Shown one piece after another: positions 52,113-64,000 of a stretch of DNA of 64,000 bases; positions within the stretch are counted from its first letter, which is position 1; each line of letters starts with the position of its first letter. Both the position numbers and the translations under genes were made by a program. The notes beneath the pieces were generated by a model. That model searched no databases and was not told where the DNA came from. It saw only the letters and a list, made by a program, of their open reading frames with translations. Location: NCBI GenBank assembly GCA_951406725.2, contig OX597829.1:39494001-39558000 (forward strand), read 5' to 3'. The stretch is from Octopus vulgaris (taxonomy: Eukaryota).

Positions 52113-52849
52113 ATTGAAACCCTCATTATGTAACCAAAGCCCTCATTACATGCCTGGCGCCCTCATTACACAATTCATTACATAATTAATAATTTTATAT
52201 CAATAAATAGAAACCTTGTGAAATGCCATCAGAAGAACTGCTCCTGTTTTTCAGCATTAGAATTAACATGTCATTTAGTTTAGTAGCACTACCTGGTCAG
52301 CCCTTAAAAACCTTTATCTGAGTCCACTCAGTTACAAGCACTTGAGCCAAGTCTCCAGTCTGAGGATAACTTCTTTCCTTCCTCCCATCAGCCCTGAAGG
52401 CCATCACGGTTGATTTATGCCATGTGAAAGGTAATCAATAACCATAAAGATTCTCACAGTTTAGGAAGGGGTTAACATTTAAGATGTTTTAGATGTGGCT
52501 TTTGAATTCAGGAGATTAGGTGGTAGTAGATGCTTTAGCTCTGCTAACCACGAAACTTCTTATTAGTTTTCTCTTCTGACAACTCTTTTATATTCTTTCC
52601 TACTTTGCTGCCAAGTAAATGATGCAATAACATTGTTATTGATTGGCTAAGGCACAGTACAGTGTTGATGACTGGGGGACCTGAATCTGTAGCTGCTCAG
52701 TCAAAACATTCATCTTATGATAAGTTAGTTATAGAAGTATGGATGTTTTGTTTAAGATGGTTCACTTCTTTGACACCCTTCTACATTTCTGTCAAGAGAT
52801 AATCCACAGTTTAAGGGACATTATGCTTTCAACACTGATCAATTAATTG

Positions 52850-54585
52850 CTGTGGTCAGCTTTCATAAAATCCATGTTATGACCAGCTTCAACCAGATCC
52901 ATATGATGACCAGCTCCCATAAGATCCATGTTATCACCATCTTCCATCAGTTCCATGTTATGATTAAATTTCATAAGATCCAGCTTCCATCAGATCCATT
53001 TTAAGACCAGCTCTCATATGATCCATGTTATTAGCAGCTCTCATAAGATCCACATTATGACCACCTTCCATCAGATCCTTGTTATGATCTGATCAGCTTT
53101 CATAACGTCCATTTTATGATCAGCTTTCATAAGATCCATTTTATGATCTGCTTTCATAAGATCCATTTTATGATCAGCTTTGATGAGATCCATTTTATGA
53201 TCAACTTTGATGAGATCCATTTTATGATCAGCTTTCATGAGATCCATTTTATGATCAGCTTTCATAAGATCCATTTTATGATCAACTTTAATGAGATCCA
53301 TTTTATGATCAGCTTTCATAAGATCCATTTTATGATCAGCTTTCATAAGATCCATTTAATGACCAGCTTTCATGAGATCCATTTTATGACCAGCTTTCAT
53401 GAGATCCATTTTATGATCAGCTTTCATAAGATCCATTTTATGATCAGCTTTCATAAGATCCATTTTATGATCAGCTTTCATAAGATCCATTTTATGATCA
53501 GCTTTCATAAGATCCATTTTATGATCAGCTTTCATAAGATCCATTTTATGACCAGCTTTCATGAGATCCATTTTATGATCAGCTTTCATAAGATCCATTT
53601 TATGACCAGCTTTCATGAGATCCATTTTATGACCAGCTTTCATGAGATCCATTTTATGATCAGCTTTCATAACATCCATTTTATGATCAGCTTTCATAAG
53701 ATCCATTTAATGACCAGCTTTCATGAGATCCATTTTATGATCAGCTTTCATAAGATCCATTTTATGATCAGCTTTCATAAGATCCATTTTATGACCAGCT
53801 TTCATGAGATCCATTTTATGACCAGCTTTCATGAGATCCATTTTATGATCAGCTTTCATAAGATCCATTTTATGATCAGCTTTCATAAGATCCATTTAAT
53901 GACCAGCTTTCATAAGATCCATTTTATGACCAGCTTTCATGAGATCCATTTTATGATCAGCTTTCATAAGATCCATTTAATGACCAGCTTTCATAAGATC
54001 CATTTTATGATCAGCTTTCATAACATCCATTTTATGATCAGCTTTCATAAGATCCATTTTATGATCAGCTTTCATAAGATCCATTTTATGATCAGCTTTC
54101 ATAAGATCCATTTTATGATCAGCTTTCATAAGATCCATTTTATGACCAGCTTTCATGAGATCCATTTTATGATCAGCTTTCATAAGATCCATTTTATGAT
54201 CAGCTTTCATAAGATCCATTTTATGACCAGCTTTCATGAGATCCATTTTATGGTCAGCTTTCATAAGATCCATTTTATGATCTGCTTTCATAAGATCCAT
54301 TTTATGACCAGCTTTCATGAGATCCATTTTATGATCAGCTTTCATAAGATCCATTTTAAGATCAGCTTTCATAAGATCCATTTTAAGATCAGCTTTCATA
54401 AGATCCATTTTATGATCTGCTTTCATAAGATCCATTTTATGACCAGCTTTCATAAGATCCATTTTATGATCAGCTTTCATAAGATCCATTTTAAGATCAG
54501 CTTTCATGAGATCCATTTTTTGATCAGCTTTCATAAGATCCATTTTATGATCTGCTTTCATAAGATCCATTTTATGATCTGCTTT
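52850..54585. repeat. 27-bp minisatellite (~55 homogeneous units from ~53090, plus degenerate units on the left)
   Basis: Unit GATCCATTTTATGATCAGCTTTCATAA with internal dyad TTATGA-7nt-TCATAA. Confidence 0.97.
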
Positions 54586-55743
54586 GATTTACTCCACACA
54601 GCAGCATGTTCCCAGTTGATGTTATGAAATTTTCACATTTTCTACCTAATTAAAGCCCAGTTATTCTTTCATGTTCCCAAATCTGCTGCAATTGACGTTA
54701 ACTGTTGCACTCATCCATAAAACCGTTGCTCCAGTTATGCCTAAATACAGATAGCAACTGTGTGAAATGTAGTCACAGCTGCTTAACCTAATTATCACTA
54801 ATCTTACTATGAAGATATCGGAAAAAAAAAAACACGTCTAAACACAGTATTATAAACGAATTTCTAAAGTACGTTGACTGACCACACATTGTACGAATTT
54901 GTGTGTGTGTTGGTTTGATGTCCATATAAAACAATGTTAAATTAGTTTGTTTGAAGAACCGTTTCTTTTTTTTTTTTTTTTTTAAATAAATCTATGTTGA
55001 TTAGATGTTAAATTTTTGACTTTTTTTATTATCAAAGCTATAAAGATATCTTTACAGATACGAGTGCTTCAAGCTTTGACCGAATTGTTTCCCTGTAAAC
55101 TATAAGTGGCGTACAACAGTTAAGTGATTCTTCCTTCTAAGCTAGGACCAAGTGTTTATGATATTTTTTTGCATCCCTTATATATATATATATATATATA
55201 TATATGCATTATTAGAAAGTATGGTGCTATGACATATTGCGGTAGCATTTTTCATTTTTAACAGTGGCTTTTATACCTACCTTCCTTTCCATTTTAGAAA
55301 GTTATCTTTGAGATTAAAAAAAAAGAAAAAAATTGCTATGTTCACCCTATAATCAAGAATCGTGCTCAAAATATCTTCTTCGGAATGTATTGTTATTATT
55401 TTCATTGATAGTAACCTTACTGAGCATGGACATTTGGAACTGTTGTGAAATAGTGTTAATTTCAAGCTTTGTTGAATATTTGAATTTTACTTTAGTTTTT
55501 AGTAGTCTAACCATGACATTCTCTGAATTGAAATGCTTGATAAGAATTTGAAGCAATTTTCTTTTTTAAATGTTATTTTCCAGCTGTCCTTCTCTTCCTG
55601 TTTCCACTTCAGATGTTAAAATTTTTATTAGAACGATCCTTTTGAAATTCCCTTTGCCCTTTAGTATAGTTCACCCATAATCTGTAATATAGCTGTTGCT
55701 GATGCTCTGATTTTTTGTGAAAGCTCTTTAACTTGTTATCAGT

Positions 55744-55774
<31 letters not shown>

Positions 55775-57009
55775 CGAATGCAAGTAAGGTTTGAAAGCAA
55801 ATTAAATGGGTGGGATGAAGCATAAAAGACAAAAATAAAAACTGTAAACCCTGTTATTAATTTTCTAATAACAGGAGGAAGGCAAATGATGTGGGAATAA
55901 AGGATGAGGTCTGCTCTGTGGATGACGAACCTTAAAATGAAGATGACAAATGACCATAGCAAATGCAAAGTGGTAGTGATAAAGCAGACCTATTGAACCC
56001 ATGCCACTCTGGAAAAAAACCAACATAATGTCAGTCATAAAGTTTCATCCTAAATGAATCTGGATTATTTTTCCCCAAAAAAATTTTGCGAATGAGTTTT
56101 TTTTTTTTTTTTTATAACAATACTTCCATGCTAGATTTAGGTAGAATGGAATTTTATGGAGAAGTTGATTTAAAAAAGACAAAAAAAAAAAATTGGTATC
56201 CATTCTGTACCACGCATGGCTCTGTTGTTAAGAAGTTTAGTTTACAATTATGAGGTTGAGAGTCCAATCTTACCGCACTGCACCATTTGGCGTCATTTAC
56301 CAGAGCTTATGGTCAGTTAAACTTCGGTAGATAGAAATTGTATGGTAACTTTATGAAAGTGTGTTTTTGGATGGCACAATTAATGGCTTTTGGGTGTCTT
56401 TAGTGACGTCCAATCTGTTGCAAACATCAGGCCATGTCTTTGGTTAAACAATTCCTCCTTTTCTTACTACAAACACAGCCCTAATAGTGCCATAGGTGTT
56501 GTCCTTCCTCCACTCTGACTAAGACACAAAAATAAAAGCAAACCATTAAGCTAAAGTATAATCGTTTGTGAAGTATTTGCTTAAATATTAATCAAACTCA
56601 GCCTTGCTAACTTTATTATCAAAAGAGAGATGCCTTCAACATAATAAGGTTATGATTTTAAGTGTGCTTAAATTGGTTTTCATCTTTATTTTCTGTACTT
56701 TAGTATGTCTCGAAGAATATTTGAAACATTGAAACATATCTGTTCCTCAATGCAAACACATTTATTTTCATTTTGTGGAACTGTGTGTGACTGCTTTTAG
56801 CTGACATGCACCGACAGTAGTTTCCTCCGATTAGATTGGTTCATTTGTGAGCCAAGTTAGAATGGCTGTTGTGACTCTTTTCTAATTGTAGATTGATACT
56901 GTCTGTCTTTGTCTCTCTCTCTCTGCCTGTCTCATAAGTACAGTGTTTATGATGTCTAATATTGTTTTCAATTTGTTAGTAATTATTAGAAATATAAGGA
57001 AATTATATT

Positions 57010-57480
57010 TATATTTCGCGCCGTTTCGGGGCCTGTCTCTTGACAGCGTCAATGCACACCGGCTCCCCTCACTGATATGAGGCCCCGCTTGCTAGATCAG
57101 CTGGTTATCAAATAAAGCTCAATATTCTTCTAGCCATTGCTCATCGTCTCTTTTTAACCAAATCCAGTGGCTAGCCTTCTCCACTGTAGTTTGGATATCG
57201 GTCATGGTGGTATTGACTTTACAATGAGTTAGGCCTAACGATAACAACAGTCATCTCACACTGTGTCCAACAAACCCTCTACATCCAACTTCGATTGGAA
57301 AATGTTCTGCTTTCCAGCCTGCGTCTTCACATTCCTCGAAGAGGTTTACATAATGTTCAATCTTTCGAGCCAGAGCGGCTTCCATATTATCTTCATGAGG
57401 AACCATTAACTCGACTAGATTTACAACTTTCCTTCTTTCACATACTTCTTTCATTATACTTCCTGCTAACATCAACTAAT
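57010..57480 (-). mobile_element. Hero-like non-LTR retrotransposon 3' remnant (restriction-like endonuclease plus 3' UTR)
   Basis: KVVNLVELMVPHEDNMEAALARKIEHYVNL..AGWKAEHFPIEVGCRGFVGHS resembles the ELTVPWE..RK..KY..GW..PVEVGCRGF motif; GC-rich 3' UTR. Confidence 0.75.
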
Positions 57481-59342
57481 AGTCTTTTTCTGGTGGAATG
57501 TAGCATGGTGGCATTGACAAATGACCAGAAGTGGCTGTGAATCACAGTTCATGCTTTCACTCTGAAACTCAGCCTGCCTTTGAATAATAGCCTGTGTTTA
57601 TTTTTTTCTTATAAAGAATAACAAAGAAACTAGCCATCACTTGAACTTGGGGACGACTTAGTATTGACATGTACCATGCTTTTGCTAATGTTATTTAAGA
57701 GCTTATGTAGTGAGCAGACATAAACATCTTCTTGAACCTTCCACCTTGATCCAGAACAGCATGTAGAATGTGACGAGAGTACCAGTTACTGTGCTGGTTG
57801 TCTATTTACCGACCTAAAGAATGAAAGGCAAAGTTGACTCCAATGGGATTTGAACTCCAGAACAAAATTCACTATTTATTCTATGCAATGCTATAACATT
57901 TGCCAGTTAAAACATTCACGTACACCGTACTAGTAGGGTATTAAGAGCACCATCCGAACGTGATTGTTGCCAGAGCGGCTATCTGGCTTCCATGCCGGTG
58001 GCATGTAAAAGACACCATTTGAGTGTGATCATTACCAGCATCGCCTTACTGGCACCTGTGCCAGTGGCATGTGTAAAAGATTCGAGTGAGGTTGTTGCCA
58101 GTACCGCCTTACTGGCACGTAAAAGCATCCACTACACTCTCAGAGTGGTTGGCATTAGGAAGAGCATCCAGCTGTAGAAACTCTGCCAGATCAAGATTGA
58201 AGCCTGGTGCAGCCATCTGGTTCGCCAGCCCTCAGTCATTCGTTCAACCCATGCTAGCATGGAAAGCAGACGTTAAATGATGATGATGATGATGAGACAC
58301 ACACACACATACACACAGACAGAGAGGCCTCTGCAAATTTATTTAAGTGTCTTTAAAACTGATTCCTCACAATGAAACATTCATATTGGTAAAAGAGAAT
58401 TTTTGAAGAAACTGTCTTTATTTAAAATGAACCCCGTGTTCTCTTCTTTTGCATTTTGTTGCAATAGTCATCTTTTTCATTCCAGTTTCCAAGAATACTA
58501 CATTTCTTCTTCGGGAGTGGGTGGGTAGGTTTCTGTCTGAAATGGAAGACGAGTTTAGTTCATATTTATACATATAAAAGACTCAGTTAAGTTTGGTGAG
58601 CAGTGAAGAAGTCTTTTGCTTATAACTTTGGATTACCATAGTAATTTCAGGTGTAAACTATCTCCAACAACAATTCTCTCTTCTTTGTTTCTACGACAAA
58701 GAAAATTTACAAGGTTTTTTTTTTTTTTTTTGATGCCATTGTAAAAACAGCAATTGTGAATTCCGCCTACGCCATCTCTCTCTCTCTCTCTCTCTCTCAC
58801 TTTCTCTCTTTCTCTCCTGTATTTGGTGTATTATTCTTTGTTGAACACTATCACAACAATTGTATATTGATTTTATTGTTTTGCATTTAATAACTGTATC
58901 ATGGAGAACCACAGTTACAAGTCGATTGGGTGGGTGGGGGGGATTTTCTCTTCAGAACCGTGTATGATTTTTTTTTTTTTTTGTTTTTTGCTTGCTTTTT
59001 GTAAAGTCTAAAGCATTCACACACATCTTGTTTTCACCATGTTTGATGTCAGTTCAGCTGATAATGATATTAAGACAACACTAGCAGCTTTCTCGTGATA
59101 CTTCATTCTGTTTGTTTTTTTTGTTTTTGTTTTTTTTTTTTGTTTCTCACCCACTCCTCTTCTACTTTCATAGGTGTAACTGCTTAGCTGTGGAGTAGAA
59201 AGTGTTTTATATTCAGTCAGGTGCAGTGCAGCAAGCACTGGGCACAACACAATGGCAGTAGCAACAGACATTGAACTTTTCTCCAAGTGATTAGTACAGT
59301 GCATAGCCTTCTTTGTGTATTCCTTGTGTGTGTACAAATATG

Positions 59343-59382
<40 letters not shown>

Positions 59383-60504
59383 TGACCAAGCATGCACACA
59401 CTTGCCCATATTACATTATATGGTACATTCATCAATCAAGATTTATTGTTCTTTATCAGCCTCTCCCCTGATCTTGTTCTTTATTAAGTCTTTGGAAGGT
59501 TATCCATTGTTCTGCTGTAGATATAAATGTTATGGCACTTTCTTGTATTTTTTATTTTGTATTTCTATTTTTTTTTTTTTGCATTTTTGATTTGTTGTAG
59601 TTGTAGATGTTGAAGATTTTCCAAAGACTAACAAAATTATACCATAGCTTCATCTTTAACCTTACTTCTCAAAATGCTAAAAATGATAAGATATATGCTT
59701 ATATATACTTATAAATTACATGCTTAAATATATAAAAATGATGAAATACAAGCTTCCCCAATTCATCCGTTTTAATTTCTCATCTGATTCAAGCTGATGC
59801 AACCATCATCCATCATCCCTCCCACCCACCTCTAGTGATCATCACTATATTACATCTTAGTCTTTCAGACTTTTACTGAAAGAATCACAAAAGAAAGACA
59901 ACTTTGGTATTAGAGTGCCAAATTATGTAATTGAATTGCAGATAGGGGGAATTTAGATGTTTCAAACTGGGCTTTCGTGGAGTAGTTATTACTCAGAGTA
60001 ACTAGTGTATCAAACTTGAATACATCCATACTGTATTCAGTTTCTTTTCTATGTATTTTCGGTTCAAATCCTGATGCAAGTTTGCATTTCATTTTTGTTT
60101 AGGAATCCATAAAGCAATGGGGATATCTTGAAATTAACTGTCTAATTTATTGTCTTGTGCTTGTATTATTAAAGTAGGGTTGTGAGCTGGCAGAACTGTT
60201 AGTATGCAAGGCAAAATGCTTAGCGGCATTCTGTCTGCCTTTATGTTTTGAGTTCAAATTCTGCCGGGGTTGTCTTTGCCTTTCCTCCTTTCTGGATCAG
60301 TAAAATAAGTTCCAGTTAAGCACTGGCATTGATGTAATTGGCTTACCCACTCTCCCCACCAAAATTTGAAACTAATATTATTATTATTATTAAATTTCAC
60401 TGAGTTCGACTTTGCCTTTCATCCTTTGGTGTTGATAGCATAATTGGGGCCAATGTAATCACTATCTCCTACCTATAGTAGAAAGGATTATTATTATTAT
60501 TATT

Positions 60505-60860
60505 TTATTGCCTTTGCACAGCTTCTAACCCTGGAGATGTACTATGGTGTCAGCTGTTCACTACCAGTGAACTAAGGTAACACCTCTTATTTTTTGAGCA
60601 CCATCTGGAGTATTCGAGCGGTTTCAAGCAATGCTGTTCTCCCCACTTATTGCAGTCCCTATTTGTTCCACGTACTTCTCAAGATTTTTATTCACTGTTC
60701 CCAGGGCTCCAACAACTATTGGTACTACTGCTACCTTTTTCATCGACCACAACTGCTTACCCTCCCAAGCTAACCTGTCATGTCTATTGACTTTTATTTC
60801 TTCCTTATCACATACCTTGTTGTCAGCTTGGCGTGCTATGTCTATGATCCAGCATCATTT
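60505..60860 (-). mobile_element. R4/Dong-like non-LTR retrotransposon 3' remnant
   Basis: Minus strand reads CWIIDIARQADNKVCDKEEIKV..LWSMKKVAVVPIVVGALGTVNKNLEKYVEQIG; flanked by (TAA)n. Confidence 0.7.
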
Positions 60861-61091
60861 GCTTTCATTATTGTTATTATTAAGGTGGCGAGCGGGCAGA
60901 ATTGCTAGCATGTCAGACAAAATACTTAGCAGTATTTTGTCTGCCACAACATTCTGAGTTCAAATTCCACCAAGGTCGACTTTGCCTTTCATCCTCTTGG
61001 GGTTGATAAATAAAGTACCAGTGAAGCACTGGGGTCAATGTAATCGACTAGTCCCTTCCCCAAAAATTTCAGGCCTTATGCCTACAGTAGA

Positions 61092-61133
<42 letters not shown>

Positions 61134-61454
61134 CGTCATCATCATCATCATCATCATTATTAAGGCAGTGAGCTAGTAGAATTATTGGCACAGCAGACAA
61201 ATAAATGCTTGGCAGTATTTTGTTCATCTGTGTGTTCTGAGTTCAAATTCCACCAAAGTTGACTTTGACTTTCATCCTTTCAGGGTCATTAAAATAAGCA
61301 CCACTTGATCACTGGGATTGATGTAATTGAATTCCTCCCTTATAATTGCTTGTCTTGTACCAAAATTTGAAACCACCACCATTACCACCACCACCATCAT
61401 CATCATCATTATTATTATTATTGACATAGTAATATTTAGCAGCAGTTTATATTC

Positions 61455-61757
61455 TACAGTTCTATATTTAAGAGATGAGGAATTATGTACATTATTTACA
61501 TTTGATGGATATTTGTCCTCATCTTGTTTGTTGTTAACACAACGTTTCAGCTGATATACTCTCCAGCCTTCATCAGGTGTCTTGGGGAAATTTCGAACCT
61601 GGGTTCTCATTCCTAAGGTATTTTTCGATATTAGGAATGAGAATCCAGGTTCGAAATTTCCGTAAGACACCTGATGAAGGCTTGGAGGGTATATCAGCCG
61701 AAATGTTGTGTTAACAACAAACAAGATAAGGATAAATATCCGTCGAATGAAAATAAA
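61455..61757. mobile_element. Second head-to-head inverted pair of the same hammerhead-bearing element
   Basis: 61455-61630(-) and 61631-61757(+). HHR motifs at 61536-61581(-, intact core) and 61666-61712(+). Confidence 0.82.
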
Positions 61758-62143
61758 GTTTATATTCTGGGTAAAAGAAAAGAAAATCTCATTTAAAGTT
61801 CCAGGCTTTGCCTAGTTCCAACTGAATTCTGTGAAGAGATTTCTGTTTTCAGCTAGAACAAAAAGAAGACCTTGTAATAGTGAGGCATCAGCTATCTCAG
61901 TGAAATTAGTGTTTGAATAGTTAAGCAATGTATACTTTGGGTATTGAATTCCTTTGAAAGAAAAAGAAAATATCTGAGGGTGGTGGTGGTGGGTGTCTCA
62001 AGCAATGTTAAAAATCATGCAAGCAGATTAAAAATTGATGTTAAACAGAATGAAGACAAACTGGTAAACCACCTCCTTATCTTTTATTTTAGTATGTAAT
62101 ATGTGTTTCACTATTTCTAAATGTTGATATATCTTATTTACAG

Positions 62144-62253
62144 AATGGCTGCCAGCCATCAATACCTAAGTACTATTGGTGTGAAGAACAATGTACACAA
62201 ACAGAAGCTGTCTTTGAAAGCAATGGATGTTGTGCTGTTTGGACCACCAAAGA
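62144..62253 (+). CDS. STIM1: STIM internal exon, C-terminal half of SAM domain up to the pre-TM LFGPP motif
   Basis: TTTACAG acceptor and GTAAGT donor. 110 nt, phase 2 to 1, in frame: (R)MAASHQYLSTIGVKNNVHKQKLSLKAMDVVLFGPPK; cf. human HRQKLQLKALDTVLFGPP. Confidence 0.95.
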
Positions 62254-62946
62254 GTAAGTATTGGTTTTATTGTGGGGGTGCATTTTGGCCCTTTTTTTTT
62301 TCACTTCTTTTTTTTACCTCTTCTTTCTTTTGATTGCTATGTAATAAGTGTAACTTACGATTGGATGAGAAAGTTGTAAAAGTTTTATGTCTGAATTCCG
62401 GTCTTTGGAAATTTGATGAGTGAGGACTAAAGGAAAACAGTAAGAATACCGAAGTAAGAGAACCGGCTCTTAAGGTGTCTGAGCAAGAGAAGGGATGTTG
62501 GTATTGTTTGTGATTGATGGTCATGAGTTTTGGAAAGATGTAAATAGGTGTGTGTGTGTGAGAGTATATGTTTAACTGTGAACCTGGATCATAAACTCAT
62601 TCTGTTCTGAGCTTAGCTATTTGACCAAGAATTATGGAATTATGTAGAAAAGGGAAATAATTAGTGATTTAAGAAGAAGTAATGCATAATATTTCAATTA
62701 TCTTTATCATTCATTTTATACTTTTTGAAAAAAAAAAATATATATGTAAAATATATATATATTTTATATATTATATTAATTAATAATTATATTATTTGTT
62801 ATTTATGTATTGGTTTATGTCTATCACTGTTTGAATTGCATAATAGTGGTTTTATCTCTAATTCATATTTTATATATTTATACTGTGAAATTTGATTTAA
62901 TACTAAATTGAATTTTTTCCGGAAGTTTGGAGTTATACTCCCTAAT

Positions 62947-62978
<32 letters not shown>

Positions 62979-64000
62979 TATATATTCATTTATTTGTTTT
63001 TATTTCCATTTTTCAATGTTTGAATTATTTAGACAAATATATTGCCAAGGCCTTGTTTTACAACTGGATGCTGTTATTGTCACTGATTTTCAAGTGAGAA
63101 ATTTCTTATTTCACAAGTCTTTGGAGTCACGAAGCCAACAGATGTTCCGTTGACAGGAAAAGTGTCAATATCACTACTTGTGACTTGCGATTTTATTTTG
63201 AGAGAAGGGCAAAATATAAACAAATACAAGTATGTACACACACACACACATGTATATGTATACTATGTTATGTGTGTGTGTGTGTGTGCATGAGCATGTG
63301 TTAAGTATATGTGGGAAGGTGCCATCTACATTTTTTACTGCCGATATTCCTTGGACCCATTATATCTTGTGAAAGCAGCCAAACCATTCCAACATGGAAC
63401 ATGGACGTTAGATGATGATGGCAGTGGTTTCCAAATACTCTCATTTGTTTGAGATTTGACCTTGTTCAATACAATGTCTTTTCTTTATTTTATACTATTT
63501 TGCCAGAAGGGATATTGTTTTCTTCTTAAAAACTTCATCAGTAATGAAAAAAGAAGGACTTAATGGTGAAATTAATAGGATTTTGTTTACCAAATACATA
63601 TCATAAGTGAATCCAAAAACACAGTCTTCAGTGATTTCACAATGCTAATTATCATAATACATGATGATAATGTTATACCTGACCACAGTTGAATGAAGAC
63701 CATAGATGGTAGTTTACAGATATTTATTGTCAGGTATCCAATGATGATCTTCAGTGGTGTGACTATTGCTACTGCTGCTAATAATGATGATGATGATGAT
63801 GACGATGATGGTGATGATGATCTTTCTAATATAGGCACAAGGGCTAAAGTTATCGGGGAAGGGACTAGTTGATTACATTAATCCCAGTGTTTCACTGGTG
63901 CTTAATTTATTGACCCCAAAAGGACGAAAGGCTAGGTTGACCTTGGTGGAATTTAGCAACGAGGCATGTAGCAACGAGGAATGTAGAAAGGCGGTGAGCT

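Noticed and set aside
52850-54585. CRISPR-like array (palindromic ~27-bp repeats)
   Set aside because: Units are contiguous with no unique spacers, there are no cas genes and the context is a eukaryotic intron.
53116-54627. 503-aa ORF (MISFHKIHF)n and antisense (MDLMKADHK)n ORFs
   Set aside because: A by-product of a 27-bp (9-codon) tandem unit; no unique domain or splice signals, and stops interrupt the antisense frame.
55050-55625. Possible extra STIM exons after the TTTACAG (55058) and CTTCAG (~55612) acceptors
   Set aside because: Immediate in-frame stops, no good donor and no STIM similarity; the flanking exons already join into a complete SAM domain.

Overview
Eukaryotic, AT-rich, repeat-dense genomic DNA; the SINE/LINE families and C2H2-ZNF style look like octopus (coleoid cephalopod), which is an inference from repeat recognition. 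The whole window appears to lie inside one + strand host gene, STIM (ER Ca2+ sensor). Three internal exons (9304-9418, 33425-33536, 62144-62253) encode the hidden EF-hand and SAM domain and are separated by ~24 kb and ~28.6 kb introns. The introns hold tRNA-derived SINEs, RTE/Tx1/CR1-L2-group/CRE/Hero/R4 LINE remnants, a Gypsy remnant, MITEs, a decayed C2H2-ZNF array, a 27-bp minisatellite and many microsatellites. Most long ORFs in the track are microsatellite artefacts. The main unexplained signal is a set of about a dozen minimal type I hammerhead ribozyme (HHR) motifs read by eye, with palindromic helix III, belonging to several unrelated Penelope-type terminal-repeat families. They show all of C3-G8, U3-A8 and G3-C8 at the 3-8 tertiary pair. 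One family couples a tRNA-like head to an HHR and occurs as head-to-head inverted pairs. One G3-C8 motif lies in the STIM sense orientation ~180 nt upstream of an exon. Repeat boundaries are approximate; nothing was computed or database-searched.
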